In this document: positions 9,366-20,184 of the stretch, piece after piece
Position numbering within the stretch: the stretch's first letter is position 1
How the letters are laid out: every line of letters begins with the position of its first letter
Source of the DNA: Gammaproteobacteria bacterium
Lineage (GTDB): Bacteria; Pseudomonadota; Gammaproteobacteria; G965277405
Assembly: GCA_965277405.1 (NCBI GenBank)
Contig: OZ255726.1
Span: 1,696,001 to 1,760,000 of the forward strand
DNA length: 64,000 nt
Direction of reading: 5' to 3'
Position numbers and translations under genes: made by a program
The notes under the pieces: generated by a model
What the model was told of the DNA's origin: nothing
The model's input: only the letters and a program-made list of their open reading frames with translations
The model's database searches: none

Positions 9366-10798
9366 GTTGTGTTCGGGGTAAATTTTTGCGCTAATTCTTT
9401 GGCAATAGCACTAACATTGCCAGCGCCTTGAGTGAGAAGTAGGTCTCCAGGCAAAACTGTTTGTTGTAAAATATCAATCAACGTAGCGATTTCGCCGACA
9501 TATACTGGGTCGATTAAGCCACGTCTACGGATTGAACCTGCGAGCGACTTACTATCTGCGCCGACAATAGGTTTTTCATCTGCTGGATACACTTCCAAAA
9601 GTATTAAGTTATCAAGACTGTCAAATGCGCTGACAAAATCCTCATATAAATCACGCGTCCTTGTATATCGGTGCGGCTGAAAAACCATCACCACCCGCCT
9701 GGCTGGCCAGACTTGACGTGCAGCAGCTAATGTTGCTGCAATTTCTTTAGGGTGGTGCCCGTAGTCATCGACTAACGTCACGTCACCTGCTGGCATGCTC
9801 CACGTACGGATCGTTTCAAAGCGGCGGGTTACTCCAGGAAATTGTAGCAATGCTGTTTGAATTGGCACATCGTCTATCCCTTCATCGGTTGCCACCGCAA
9901 TGACTGCTAAGGCGTTTAATATATTATGCTCACCAGGAATATTGAGGGTGATTTCAAGCGGTGGCTGGTTTTCAGGGCGGACTACAGTAAACATTGAACG
10001 ATGCCCATGGCTGCTAATTTTTGTTGCCTTAAAGTCGCAGTTGCTATGGATGCCATACGTCAGGATGCGCCGTTGCACTTTGTCAAGCATTGCCATGACC
10101 CCAGGGTCATCAAGACATGCGACTAGGGTGCCATAAAAAGGCAGGTTATGGATGAATGACAAAAACGCCGCATTCATATTTTCTGGGTCGTTGTCATAAT
10201 GGGTTAAGTGATCAATATCGATGTTGGTGATGACAGTCACCATCGGTTGCAGGTGTAAAAAAGACGCGTCGCTTTCATCAGCTTCGGCGATTAAATAGCC
10301 AAATTCTCCAACTCTGGCATTGGCAACCTGATCAACAATACGCCCACCGATAATATATGTTGGGTCATATTTTGCCTCAGTAAATACATCAACCATTAAA
10401 CTGGTTGTTGTTGTTTTACCGTGGGTCCCAGCTACAGCAATACCAAATTGATTGCGCATAATCTCTGCCAGCATTGCCGCACGTTGCACGGTCGGTATTT
10501 TGTGTGCGCGGGCGTATTGAATTTCTGGGTTGTTTTCATCTATTGCGCTTGAAACAACCAGCAGGTCAGCATTGAGCACGTTATTTGCTTGATGACCAAT
10601 ATATATAGTCATGCCAAGCGAGCGCAGCCGTTGAATTGTTGAGTTTTCGTTGATATCGGAACCACTAATCATATGACCAAGATGAAGAAACACTTCGGCG
10701 ATTCCACACATGCCAACGCCACCAATTCCAACAAAGTGAATACATTTAATCCTCTCCATTGCTGGGCGAATGAATGGTCTGTCTCTAGGTTGAACCAT
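9344..10798 (-). CDS. murC: UDP-N-acetylmuramate--L-alanine ligase (start probably ATG 10798, not 11011)
   Basis: IHFVGIGGVGM, AGTHGKTTT, EADESD, DDYGHHP, FQPHRYTRT. Confidence 0.95.
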   Translation of the reverse strand: MVQPRDRPFIRPAMERIKCIHFVGIGGVGMCGIAEVFLHLGHMISGSDINENSTIQRLRSLGMTIYIGHQANNVLNADLLVVSSAIDENNPEIQYARAHKIPTVQRAAMLAEIMRNQFGIAVAGTHGKTTTTSLMVDVFTEAKYDPTYIIGGRIVDQVANARVGEFGYLIAEADESDASFLHLQPMVTVITNIDIDHLTHYDNDPENMNAAFLSFIHNLPFYGTLVACLDDPGVMAMLDKVQRRILTYGIHSNCDFKATKISSHGHRSMFTVVRPENQPPLEITLNIPGEHNILNALAVIAVATDEGIDDVPIQTALLQFPGVTRRFETIRTWSMPAGDVTLVDDYGHHPKEIAATLAAARQVWPARRVVMVFQPHRYTRTRDLYEDFVSAFDSLDNLILLEVYPADEKPIVGADSKSLAGSIRRRGLIDPVYVGEIATLIDILQQTVLPGDLLLTQGAGNVSAIAKELAQKFTPNTTCKTSKT

Positions 10799-11894
10799 TG
10801 CTTCCCTCATCAATGTTAAGCACATGATTGGTAAACCGCTTTGTTGCATCAAGCGTGGCAATCTCCTGTAAATGCGCCGCTTTGTGGTTGAGCAATTCAA
10901 TGGCTTTAGGGTAGTTTGGCTTGGCGTGGGTCTGTAACCATTCGCATATATACGCCACGGTGAATAGCTGTTGTCTGCAAATCCAAGCGCCACTGCCGGC
11001 CATCGACGCATTCAAAAATTGGTGGTCATCAATAGCATGTGGAAACGGCACAAACAGGCTGGGAATTGCCATAGCGATCATTTCACAAACCGATGCAGCA
11101 CCTGAGCGTACTATCGCAATATCTGCTTGTTTCCATACAGTCTCCATAGTGTTGGTAAACTCAATGACTTCAACTTCGATATTGGCAACTTGTAGGTATT
11201 GCTTTTTGGTGAATTCATACGCGCCTTTGCCGCAAAGGTGGATAATTTTTATTGATTCAAGCCCTGCGACTGCAAGTGCTTGTGGCACCAACGTGTTAAA
11301 AATATCCGCGCCTTGGCTGCCGCCAGAAACAACGAGTGTAAATTGAGTTTTTTTGGACTTTCCATTGCGTTTTTTTTGTGCGGCAACAACGATTTGTCGC
11401 CGCAACGGCATGCCAATGTGCACCATGTTGCGGTGTGGTGGCACGGTGTTAGCAAAGGTTGTTAGCAGCGAATGCGCCAGTGGTGCTAGTATGCGATTTG
11501 CAGTACCGACGATCGCATTCTGTTCATGCAAATACAACGGAACACTGCGCATCCAGGCAACGATTCCAGCAGGAACGCTCACATAGCCGCCAAAACTAAT
11601 AACTATATCTGGCTGAATGCGGCTAAATAATTGCCATATTCGAAAAAAAGATAGCTTCATTTGTATAATAGCAATCAACTTATTTTTTAATGATCTGCCG
11701 CGTATTCCAGAAACTTTAACGGTATGCAGCGGTATTCCAGATTGAGGAATGATTTCCGTTTCCATTTTTCCTTCAACGCCTAGCCAGCGGCACCAAGCCA
11801 AGTTTTTTTGTTCTAAGTGAACAGCCATAGCCAGTGCTGGCATGATGTGCCCACCAGTTCCCCCAGCAACAATCAATACCTTTGGTGTGCTCAT
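10785..11894 (-). CDS. murG: Lipid II GlcNAc transferase
   Basis: AGGTGGHIMP, FGGYVS, HEQNA, GGSQGA, RSGA, DHQFLNA. Confidence 0.95.
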   Translation of the reverse strand: MSTPKVLIVAGGTGGHIMPALAMAVHLEQKNLAWCRWLGVEGKMETEIIPQSGIPLHTVKVSGIRGRSLKNKLIAIIQMKLSFFRIWQLFSRIQPDIVISFGGYVSVPAGIVAWMRSVPLYLHEQNAIVGTANRILAPLAHSLLTTFANTVPPHRNMVHIGMPLRRQIVVAAQKKRNGKSKKTQFTLVVSGGSQGADIFNTLVPQALAVAGLESIKIIHLCGKGAYEFTKKQYLQVANIEVEVIEFTNTMETVWKQADIAIVRSGAASVCEMIAMAIPSLFVPFPHAIDDHQFLNASMAGSGAWICRQQLFTVAYICEWLQTHAKPNYPKAIELLNHKAAHLQEIATLDATKRFTNHVLNIDEGSNGST

Positions 11895-13072
11895 GATGAT
11901 GTTTGAATAATGCTTGGAGGAATGATATCGCTATTGGACTGCAGCGTATTCTTGTGAGCATGCTCAGCAACTTCTGATTGTACTCGTAATGCTATAGCTG
12001 CAAGTACCATCCATGTCACCATGCTGGTGCCGCCATAGCTGACAAACGGCAATGGAATTCCAGTAGTCGGTAACATTGCTACACTTACACCAAGGTTGAC
12101 AATGGTTTGCAGTGCAAATAATGTGGCGATGCCATACACCAACATTGCATGAAATACCAAGCGATGGGTATATGCTTGATATGCAATTAAAAAAAGGCGC
12201 CAAAGTACAAACGCAAAGCCAAGCAGCAACAACGCCCCACCAACAACGCCGAGCTCTTCAATAAACACAGCATATAAAAAATCTGTGTGCGCTTCGGGTA
12301 AATAATAAAATTTCTGCACGCTTTGCCCCAAACCTTCACCCCACCAACTACCCCGCCCGATTGCAATCAATGCTTGCGTCAATTGATAGCCTGTATTAAA
12401 CGGATCAAGCCACGGGTTTGCAACAGTAAGAATGCGTTTTACCCGATACGGCTCGAGTATAACTAATGAACAGATCATGGTAATCCCAGCTAAAAACACC
12501 GAGCAAATTATGATCCAGCGAATGCCTGCGATAAAAAACATAGCACCAATGGTGACGAGAATAACCATGAGCGAACCAAAATCAGGTTGCAACAACACTA
12601 ATAAACTGAATACTGTAATAACTATTGACGGCTGTACGAGCGGCTGCCACGAAGCAACAACACGATCAATGTGCTTGTCAAGGAAACCTGCAAAATAAAT
12701 AATTACAAAAATCTTGCACAATTCTAATGGTTGAAACGCAATAACCCCAAGATTGATCCAGCGCGTGGATCCATTAACCGTTTTTCCAATACCAGGAATC
12801 AGCACCAGCGTCAGCATCCCCATAACGGTTAATAATGCTAAAAACCGCGTGCGCTTGAGAAACTCAATTGGCATGTTTAAAAATAATGATGCCAGCAAAG
12901 CTCCACAGACAAAATACAGTAAGTGGCGCATAAACAAAAAAGATGAAGAGCCATAATTTTGTTCTGCTATCTCTGTTGATGCCGATGCGACCATGACGAT
13001 ACCTGTGAGCAGCAGCAATAGTATTGAGAAAACAAGATATGGATCAAATTGAAAAGGGGCGTTATTGTTCAC
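11891..13072 (-). CDS. ftsW: SEDS peptidoglycan polymerase FtsW
   Basis: NGSTRWI, QPDFGS, YLPEAHTDF, EELG, LPFVSYGGTS. Confidence 0.94.
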   Translation of the reverse strand: MNNNAPFQFDPYLVFSILLLLLTGIVMVASASTEIAEQNYGSSSFLFMRHLLYFVCGALLASLFLNMPIEFLKRTRFLALLTVMGMLTLVLIPGIGKTVNGSTRWINLGVIAFQPLELCKIFVIIYFAGFLDKHIDRVVASWQPLVQPSIVITVFSLLVLLQPDFGSLMVILVTIGAMFFIAGIRWIIICSVFLAGITMICSLVILEPYRVKRILTVANPWLDPFNTGYQLTQALIAIGRGSWWGEGLGQSVQKFYYLPEAHTDFLYAVFIEELGVVGGALLLLGFAFVLWRLFLIAYQAYTHRLVFHAMLVYGIATLFALQTIVNLGVSVAMLPTTGIPLPFVSYGGTSMVTWMVLAAIALRVQSEVAEHAHKNTLQSNSDIIPPSIIQTSS

Positions 13073-14481
13073 TGTGCATGCACCACTGTTGCGCTATGAG
13101 CAGCTACTAATGTGCAAAACACATCGCCGCGGTGTGCAAAATTATCAAACTGATCGAGACTCGAACAGGAAGGCGAAAGCAATAGCGACTCGTTGGCAGC
13201 AATATGTTGTATTGCTTGGGTGACTGCAATTTCTAAGGTATTGCAAGGATATACTGGCACTATCGGGCTGAATGTATTTTCGATGAGCTTGGCGTCTTTG
13301 CCAATTGCATATATTGCTTTTGTTGTCGCGGCAATGATAGTCGCCATGTTTTGTAAATTTGCGCCTTTGGCGTCCCCACCTAAAATTAAATGCACTGAAT
13401 TTGGCGCATCGCAAAAGCGCTGCAATGCAGCTATAGTTGACGCTGGATTGGTCGCCTTGGAATCATTAATATAATGTGCTCCAGCAATCTGAGCGACATA
13501 TTGACCGCGATGGCGCAAGCCCTTGAAACTGCAAATATGTTTAGCAAATTCAACAGGACTGTGTCCAAGCCCTTGAGCTAATGCCAAAACTGCTAACGCA
13601 TTCAGCAGGTTATGTTCGCCAGCAACGGCAATTGCATTGGTTGGCAGTAGACGCGTGCTGCCATAAGCAAAGTCAGCAGCAGCCGGGGGCGATGGTAATA
13701 TACCGAATTGCTGAAGATCACCTTGGCTGCTACCAAAACTTACGATTTTAGTTGTGTTGTTCGCTTGGGTCAAAAATACTGAGGTTAGCGGGTCATCTCT
13801 ATTTTCGATAGCCCATTGTGTCTGTAAGTGTACACGTTGCTTGGTTTCGTGATATTGGAACATGCTCGAATATCTATCAGTATGGTCGGATGTTACGTTG
13901 AGCACAACCGATACTAAACTGTGTAATGGCTGGCATATCTCTAGCTGAAAGCTAGATAATTCAATCACAGCACAAGCGATTTCTCCTCGCATATGCATCT
14001 GTATTATATCAAGCACTGGCATGCCATAGTTTCCGCCAGCCATAGTTATTGTGCCCGCGTTGTGCAGCGATTCTTGCAACCATGCAGTCACGGTTGATTT
14101 GCCATTGCTCCCAGTAACTGCTGCCCATGGCAGGTGATGTTGTCGCGCGTAAGCTGAAAAAATATCAATATCATTGGTCAGTAACGCCCCTGATGCTACC
14201 GCCTTCACAATTTGCGGAGTTAATTTAGATAAGCCAGGGCTTAAGTAAATATGGCTTGCAGTATTGAGTATACGTTGGTCAAGATTGCCAAGGACGATGG
14301 CATGCTCAGCTGGGTGTGAGGCAATCCAGCGCTGCCATTGGCGCAACTGTGGCGGTTCAGCACGTGAGTCAACGATGCTAAAACGCTGCTGCTGTTGGGC
14401 TAGATATTTGGCAATACTGAGTCCAGTAACACCTAAGCCCGCGATAACTGGTCGATAGTCAGATGATATCTGGTTGTTCAT
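13069..14481 (-). CDS. murD: UDP-MurNAc-L-Ala--D-glutamate ligase
   Basis: VTGSNGKSTV, ELSSFQLE, NDSKATN, LLSPSCSSLDQF. Confidence 0.94.
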   Translation of the reverse strand: MNNQISSDYRPVIAGLGVTGLSIAKYLAQQQQRFSIVDSRAEPPQLRQWQRWIASHPAEHAIVLGNLDQRILNTASHIYLSPGLSKLTPQIVKAVASGALLTNDIDIFSAYARQHHLPWAAVTGSNGKSTVTAWLQESLHNAGTITMAGGNYGMPVLDIIQMHMRGEIACAVIELSSFQLEICQPLHSLVSVVLNVTSDHTDRYSSMFQYHETKQRVHLQTQWAIENRDDPLTSVFLTQANNTTKIVSFGSSQGDLQQFGILPSPPAAADFAYGSTRLLPTNAIAVAGEHNLLNALAVLALAQGLGHSPVEFAKHICSFKGLRHRGQYVAQIAGAHYINDSKATNPASTIAALQRFCDAPNSVHLILGGDAKGANLQNMATIIAATTKAIYAIGKDAKLIENTFSPIVPVYPCNTLEIAVTQAIQHIAANESLLLSPSCSSLDQFDNFAHRGDVFCTLVAAHSATVVHAQ

Positions 14482-14552
14482 AAGCTCAATCTCAGGCTAA
14501 CCCACCGCTGCTGTATTGTTGTTGTCATGTTGCTATTCATTGTTGTTATGGC

Positions 14553-15638
14553 TTAGCGCAGCTTGAGGGTAGCAAGCCCTATTGCCACTAAGACGATGGT
14601 GATAATCCAAAAGCGGACTATGATTTTTGGTTCGGCCCAGCCGACTAACTCAAAATGATGATGAATCGGCGCCATTCTAAAAATACGCTGACCGCGCGTT
14701 TGAAAGGAAGCGACTTGCAGCATCACAGACAATGTTTCGATGACAAACATGCCGCTAATAAACAAGAAAATGATTTCTTCTCGAATAATCACAGCGCAGA
14801 CCGCCAACAACGCCCCAAGCGCTAGCGAGCCAACGTCACCCATAAAAATATCCGCTGGATATGTATTGAACCATAGAAAGCCCAGACCAACGCCAATCAT
14901 ACTTGCCAAAACGACGACCAATTCGCTCGTGCCCCGTAGGTAGGCAATATTTAAGTAGTTGCTAATTTGAATATTGCCGTGTGCATAGGCGAACACCCCT
15001 AAAGCGCCAGCAATCAGAATGCACGGCACTATTGCCAAACCATCAAGCCCATCGGTAATGTTTACCGCATTACTGGCGCCAACAATCGTAAAGTATCCTA
15101 ACACGATAAACACTAGGCCAAGGTCAACAGCAACTTCTTTGAAAAAAGGTACAAACAACTGTGTTTGTTGCGGTGTGTCGCTGGTTATGTAGAGATATGT
15201 TAATACCGCAATGGTGATTAACGACTGTGTGGCAAATTTCAAAAGGGCACTAATGCCATTTGGGTTTTTGAAAAAAATTTTAATCGAATCATCTACCATT
15301 CCAAGTATGCCAAAACCTACCATGCAAAACAAAATAACCCAGATATAGTGGTTTGAGAGATTACACCATAATAATGAATTCAGTCCAATCACCCCAAGAA
15401 TCAACAGCCCGCCCATCGATGGCGTACCCTCTTTAGCAAGATGGGACTGCGGACCATGACTGCGGATTGTTTGACCATATTGGTTTCTACGCATGAAACG
15501 AATAATCATAGGTCCAAGTGACAAGGCTAATATAAGCGCAGAAAGTGTGCTGATAACAGCGCGGAACGTGAGGAATTGAAAGACATAAAACCCTGGGTCA
15601 ACTGTTTCACCCAGCCAACCAAACAGCTCTAATAGCAT
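14553..15638 (-). CDS. mraY: Phospho-MurNAc-pentapeptide transferase
   Basis: GTPSMGG, NAVNITDGLDGLA, IFMGDVGS, MAPIHHHFE. Confidence 0.96.
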   Translation of the reverse strand: MLLELFGWLGETVDPGFYVFQFLTFRAVISTLSALILALSLGPMIIRFMRRNQYGQTIRSHGPQSHLAKEGTPSMGGLLILGVIGLNSLLWCNLSNHYIWVILFCMVGFGILGMVDDSIKIFFKNPNGISALLKFATQSLITIAVLTYLYITSDTPQQTQLFVPFFKEVAVDLGLVFIVLGYFTIVGASNAVNITDGLDGLAIVPCILIAGALGVFAYAHGNIQISNYLNIAYLRGTSELVVVLASMIGVGLGFLWFNTYPADIFMGDVGSLALGALLAVCAVIIREEIIFLFISGMFVIETLSVMLQVASFQTRGQRIFRMAPIHHHFELVGWAEPKIIVRFWIITIVLVAIGLATLKLR

Positions 15639-17041
15639 TGTTTTTGAACTCCTAGTTGTAAAAGTTTTTTAACAATTTTTTCCATTTTCATATCGCGACT
15701 TCCTTTAACAAGCACTTCACATTGTGCAGGGTATTGCTGTAATAACTGCTGGACTAATTCGAATGCTTCGTCAATAAGTCGGCAATGCACTGCTGGTGTA
15801 TCGCCGTGTTTATAGTTGTATGCAATAACCGCATCCATCATTTGTTCACCATAGCAAATAAGCTGCACGCCACATTCGTACGCAAATACGCCAATTGATG
15901 CATGCCAGAATTGGCGCTGTTCCCCGAGTTCGGCCATATCACCTAATATTGCGATTTTATGTTGGTGTTCACTGCTGGCAAGGGTGGCAAGAGCAGCTCG
16001 CATAGATGCAGGATTGGCATTGTAACTGTCATCAATAATGCGCTCACCACTTGCCAGTTCATGAACACGTTGGCGGCCTGATGGCGGCACAAAATTGCGA
16101 ATGTCGCTGATGATTTGCTGAATATTCAACCCGCACTTTTCGCTAATCAGCAACAGCGGTGCAATTGCATATTGCAAGACAGAAGACCGTGTTGGCAAGG
16201 GGATCATGTAGAGGTGATTGGCTATTATAAACGTTGCGCTGCTATGATTTACATCTTTGATGACACACGATAATGGCAAATTATGACTGTTGTCTGTTGC
16301 TACACCGTAGCATTCTAGCGCAACTTTATTCAGGGAGAGTTGCCGCCAAGAGGCGAAGAAGGCACCATCAGCAGCGTTCAAGAATACCGTTTTTTTGGTG
16401 TAACTAATTAATTCACCTTTGGTTGCAGCTATGGCTGCGATTGTGCCAAACGTTGCAATGTGGGAAAAGTTAATATTGGTGATGATGCTGTAATGCGGCA
16501 TTGCCAAAGCAGCACTTTGGGCGATATCACCTTGATAGCGGGCGCCAAGTTCAATAACGACAATATCAGTGTGCGCTGGGATGCTCAGCAGGGTATAGCA
16601 AACACCAAATGGATTATTATCATTCTCAGTCGTGGCATGAACAGTGCGTTGTTTGGCAAACGTTGTCGCTATCATGGCTTTGAGCGTGGTTTTGCCGGTA
16701 CTGCCTGTAATAGCAATCACCGTTCCTCTGAAAGACTCTCTATTATAACGGGCCAGCGCAGCGAGTGCTTGAAAGGTGTCTGCAACATAAATAACGGCTT
16801 GGTTTGGCAAGGGTTGATAGCTTTTATCACTGACTATTAACACCTGGGCTACGACATCTGCTAAAAAATCATGCGCGTCATATTTATCTCCAACCAAGGC
16901 AATAAAAATATCGCAACCGCTACAGCGGCTATCGCAGTAAATTGTTTGCAACGGTGTTGTTGCTGCGCTTTGATTCGATGCAGCAGTTCCTGCCACAATG
17001 TGCAGCAGTTGGAAAAAAGAGACTGTATTATTTAGCTGCAT
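15629..17041 (-). CDS. murF: UDP-MurNAc-tripeptide--D-Ala-D-Ala ligase
   Basis: ITGSTGKTT, DDSYNANPASM, LGDMAELG, VLVKGSR. Confidence 0.93.
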   Translation of the reverse strand: MQLNNTVSFFQLLHIVAGTAASNQSAATTPLQTIYCDSRCSGCDIFIALVGDKYDAHDFLADVVAQVLIVSDKSYQPLPNQAVIYVADTFQALAALARYNRESFRGTVIAITGSTGKTTLKAMIATTFAKQRTVHATTENDNNPFGVCYTLLSIPAHTDIVVIELGARYQGDIAQSAALAMPHYSIITNINFSHIATFGTIAAIAATKGELISYTKKTVFLNAADGAFFASWRQLSLNKVALECYGVATDNSHNLPLSCVIKDVNHSSATFIIANHLYMIPLPTRSSVLQYAIAPLLLISEKCGLNIQQIISDIRNFVPPSGRQRVHELASGERIIDDSYNANPASMRAALATLASSEHQHKIAILGDMAELGEQRQFWHASIGVFAYECGVQLICYGEQMMDAVIAYNYKHGDTPAVHCRLIDEAFELVQQLLQQYPAQCEVLVKGSRDMKMEKIVKKLLQLGVQKQCY

Positions 17042-18482
17042 TATTCATCACCTGTTGCGCGACGCATACATCGTTAAAATCGCTTGAAGTAGCGCCGATA
17101 ATTTGTGTTTTCTCATGGCCTTTGCCCGCAATTAAGATTGCGTCAGTAGCTTGTGCATGACTGATTGCATAGCGAATTGCCGCGCCACGGTCGATGAGTA
17201 TTTTCGTTGGTGTATTGCTGCCGATCATTCCTCTTTGAATGTCATCAATAATTGATATTGGTGACTCACTGCGGGGATTATCGCTGGTGATAACAACCAT
17301 ATCGGCATCGCGACAAGCAGCAGCTCCCATCATTGCACGTTTCCCTCTGTCTCTGTCACCTCCGCAGCCAAACACTACAAAAATTGTGTTGTGTCCATGG
17401 TGGCGAAGAGCTTGCAATGCAGTGGTCAGAGCAGCTGGAGTATGTGCATAGTCCACATATACATACGGGGCTGTGCCAACACGCTGCATCCGCCCGGCAA
17501 TGGTTAATGGTTGCTGCAATACTGTCGCAATTGTTACAAAATCGTAGCCAAGGCTGGTAAGTATTGCAGCTGCAGCAAGTAAGTTTTCGACACTGTGTTT
17601 CCCAATTAAAGAAGTAGTGCAACGTTGTTGTGCTGCGTGATAGTGCAGGTTAAATGTGATTGATGTTGGGTGAAATTCAATGTTATCTGCCCAAAAATCA
17701 GCACTATTGCTGCAACCATAGCTAATGAGCTTCCCTGTTTGATGGCGGTAAAAAGCATCAATCATCTGCTGTGAATAGCGGTCATCACGGTAGATAACCG
17801 CATTCCGGCATGCGTATTGTATAAATAACTGTGATTTAGCTGCGGCGTATTGATGCATTGACTGGTGATAGTCAAGATGGTCACGGCTAAGATTGGTAAA
17901 CACAGCGGTATGGATGCAACTGTTTTTTGCAAAGCGCTGTTGCTCAAGTGCATGTGATGAAAGTTCAAAACAAACTGTGTGGGTGTTATTGGCAACAAAC
18001 CACGCCAGTGATCGATACAGTGTTGGCGCGTCTGGCGTAGTGAGTGAGGATGAAAACCATTTTTTTTTCGCGCCCCATCCAGTGGTAGCAATACAGCCAG
18101 CTGCAACACCAATGTGTTCAAGCATTTGGGTAACAATAGTGACTATTGATGTTTTACCATTGGTGCCTGTGACCGCAACGAGGTCTAATTGATGATCTGG
18201 CATTGCGTAAAACCGTTGCGCAATATGCGCGGCATTGTCGCGTAGTTGTTGATCAACTACGGTCATCACATGGTGACGACCGTTGTTTGAACAATAGTCA
18301 TCTGCGATGACTACATTGGCTCCGTTTTGGAGTGCTGCTGGGATGTAGCGCTTCCCGTCAGTCTTTGTGCCTTGATACGCTAAAAAAACATAGCCAGGCA
18401 GTGCGTGTCTGCTGTCTGAACACACGCCAGTTATGACCACATCTGTATCAAGCGGTGTTTGAATGAGTTGAGATAGTCTCAT
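17028..18482 (-). CDS. murE: UDP-MurNAc-dipeptide--meso-DAP ligase
   Basis: VTGTNGKTS, TNLSRDHLDYH, VDYAHTP, FGCGGDRD, DNPR (meso-DAP type), AGKGHE. Confidence 0.95.
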   Translation of the reverse strand: MRLSQLIQTPLDTDVVITGVCSDSRHALPGYVFLAYQGTKTDGKRYIPAALQNGANVVIADDYCSNNGRHHVMTVVDQQLRDNAAHIAQRFYAMPDHQLDLVAVTGTNGKTSIVTIVTQMLEHIGVAAGCIATTGWGAKKKWFSSSLTTPDAPTLYRSLAWFVANNTHTVCFELSSHALEQQRFAKNSCIHTAVFTNLSRDHLDYHQSMHQYAAAKSQLFIQYACRNAVIYRDDRYSQQMIDAFYRHQTGKLISYGCSNSADFWADNIEFHPTSITFNLHYHAAQQRCTTSLIGKHSVENLLAAAAILTSLGYDFVTIATVLQQPLTIAGRMQRVGTAPYVYVDYAHTPAALTTALQALRHHGHNTIFVVFGCGGDRDRGKRAMMGAAACRDADMVVITSDNPRSESPISIIDDIQRGMIGSNTPTKILIDRGAAIRYAISHAQATDAILIAGKGHEKTQIIGATSSDFNDVCVAQQVMNNAAK

Positions 18483-20158
18483 ATTGCTGGGTAAACACGA
18501 AATATTTTTAATGCTTTATTCATAACCTCCGCGAACACTGGCGCGGCTACTTCTCCGCCATAATAGGTATTGCCATTCGGCTCATCTATAGACACGACAG
18601 CGACAAAGATAGGGTTGTCTGCAGGCACAATTCCTACGAATGTTGATCGGTAGTTGTAGCGGTATTTACCGTCGACAACTTTATGCGTTGTGCCTGTTTT
18701 TCCCGCTACTTGATAACCTGGTATTGCAGCACTTGTGCCTGTGCCACCTGGTTGCGTTACTTTTTTTAATGCCGTAAGCACTGCATTGGCAACGCTTGGG
18801 GACATTACTTTAATTTTCTGATGTGGCGTATTAATTTTTATCAGAGAGATTGGGATGTCATAGCCGCCACGTCCAAAAATAGCATACGCTCTGGCAAGAT
18901 TGGCAACTGATGTTGTCAGTCCATAGCCATAACTTAACGCACCGATATTGACTGTATTTGTTAATTCTGTAGGTAACATGGACGATGGCTCACCTGGGAA
19001 CATGCTTCCTGAGTTGTGATTAAAACCATATTTGCTCAACGCAGTTGCCAGCCGTTTTCCCCCAAGTTCAAGCCCTAACCGCACTGCACCTACATTACTT
19101 GATTTGGTGAGGATATGCTCAATGCTAATAATGCCATTGGCACTTGCATCATGAATGGTATACGGTCCGAGTTTCATTCTGCCATTTCCCGTATTGATGA
19201 GGTCATGAATGTTATGTCCATGGTGAAGTGCTATGGCAACAGTAAATGCTTTCATAGTCGAACCAGGTTCAAACAAGTCAACAAATACAGCATTTCGCGT
19301 ACGGGTGTAGTCGATAAACTTGCGATAATTTGGATTATATGACGGATAATTGGCGACGGCCAGCGCCTCACCTGTGTCGATTTTTAAGATAATCATCGAG
19401 GCGGCGGTTGCTTTGCTCCGCACTACCATCCGTTTGATAGATTGGAATGTAAAATCTTGAATGCGGACATCAATTGAGGAGCGGACGCTATTGCCTGGTA
19501 TTGCGCGGTAGACGACGCCAAGTTCACGAATCACTTCACCATGTCCATTTATCAGCACCATTTTTTTTCCAGATTTGGCGCGCAGTGCTTCATTAAAAGT
19601 TTTTTCTAACCCGGAGATCCCGTTGCTTGAATCACTACCAGTTCCATCAAAGCCTTTGTCGGTGAGGCCTATCAACTGTGCAGCAGCTTCCTGTGTTGGA
19701 TAAAAGCGTTGATATTTTTTACTGACATGAACCCCAGTTATGTTGAGCGCTTGGAGTTGCTGAGCTGCTGCTGGGGTAAGGTTGCTTTGTATCCTTACAT
19801 ATTTTGAATGTTCGTTTTTTACCAGCATTCTGCGCAAATAGCTTGGGTTGATGCCAGAAACTAATGCCAGCGCCTGTAAAGCCCTTGGCTTTCTTTTAAA
19901 TTGAGAGGCATCAATAAACCAGTCGTATACTTCTGCGCTTATTGCTAGCGGTTTGCCATTGCGGTCAAGAATATCGCCGCGATATGTTGATATATGTTGT
20001 GCGCGTACAGATCTTGCATCTGCTTGCTGTTGCAAAAACACATTATTTTTAAGCTGCAAATAGCCGATGCGTACTAGTATTCCACCGAAGAGTAATAATA
20101 AAAATATTAATAGAACGTAATGCCTACGATGAAAAAATATTGTTGATTCTGTTTTCAT
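18479..20158 (-). CDS. ftsI: Penicillin-binding protein 3
   Basis: RGDILDRNG, EPGSTMK (SxxK), KSSNVG (SxN), GKTGT. Confidence 0.94.
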   Translation of the reverse strand: MKTESTIFFHRRHYVLLIFLLLLFGGILVRIGYLQLKNNVFLQQQADARSVRAQHISTYRGDILDRNGKPLAISAEVYDWFIDASQFKRKPRALQALALVSGINPSYLRRMLVKNEHSKYVRIQSNLTPAAAQQLQALNITGVHVSKKYQRFYPTQEAAAQLIGLTDKGFDGTGSDSSNGISGLEKTFNEALRAKSGKKMVLINGHGEVIRELGVVYRAIPGNSVRSSIDVRIQDFTFQSIKRMVVRSKATAASMIILKIDTGEALAVANYPSYNPNYRKFIDYTRTRNAVFVDLFEPGSTMKAFTVAIALHHGHNIHDLINTGNGRMKLGPYTIHDASANGIISIEHILTKSSNVGAVRLGLELGGKRLATALSKYGFNHNSGSMFPGEPSSMLPTELTNTVNIGALSYGYGLTTSVANLARAYAIFGRGGYDIPISLIKINTPHQKIKVMSPSVANAVLTALKKVTQPGGTGTSAAIPGYQVAGKTGTTHKVVDGKYRYNYRSTFVGIVPADNPIFVAVVSIDEPNGNTYYGGEVAAPVFAEVMNKALKIFRVYPAI

Positions 20159-20184
20159 TGTTATTTTGTTTCATTGTTATTTTG
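20153..20184. repeat. Perfect 16-bp tandem duplication at the ftsL/ftsI junction
   Basis: TTTCATTGTTATTTTG x2 (20153-20168, 20169-20184). Confidence 0.9.
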
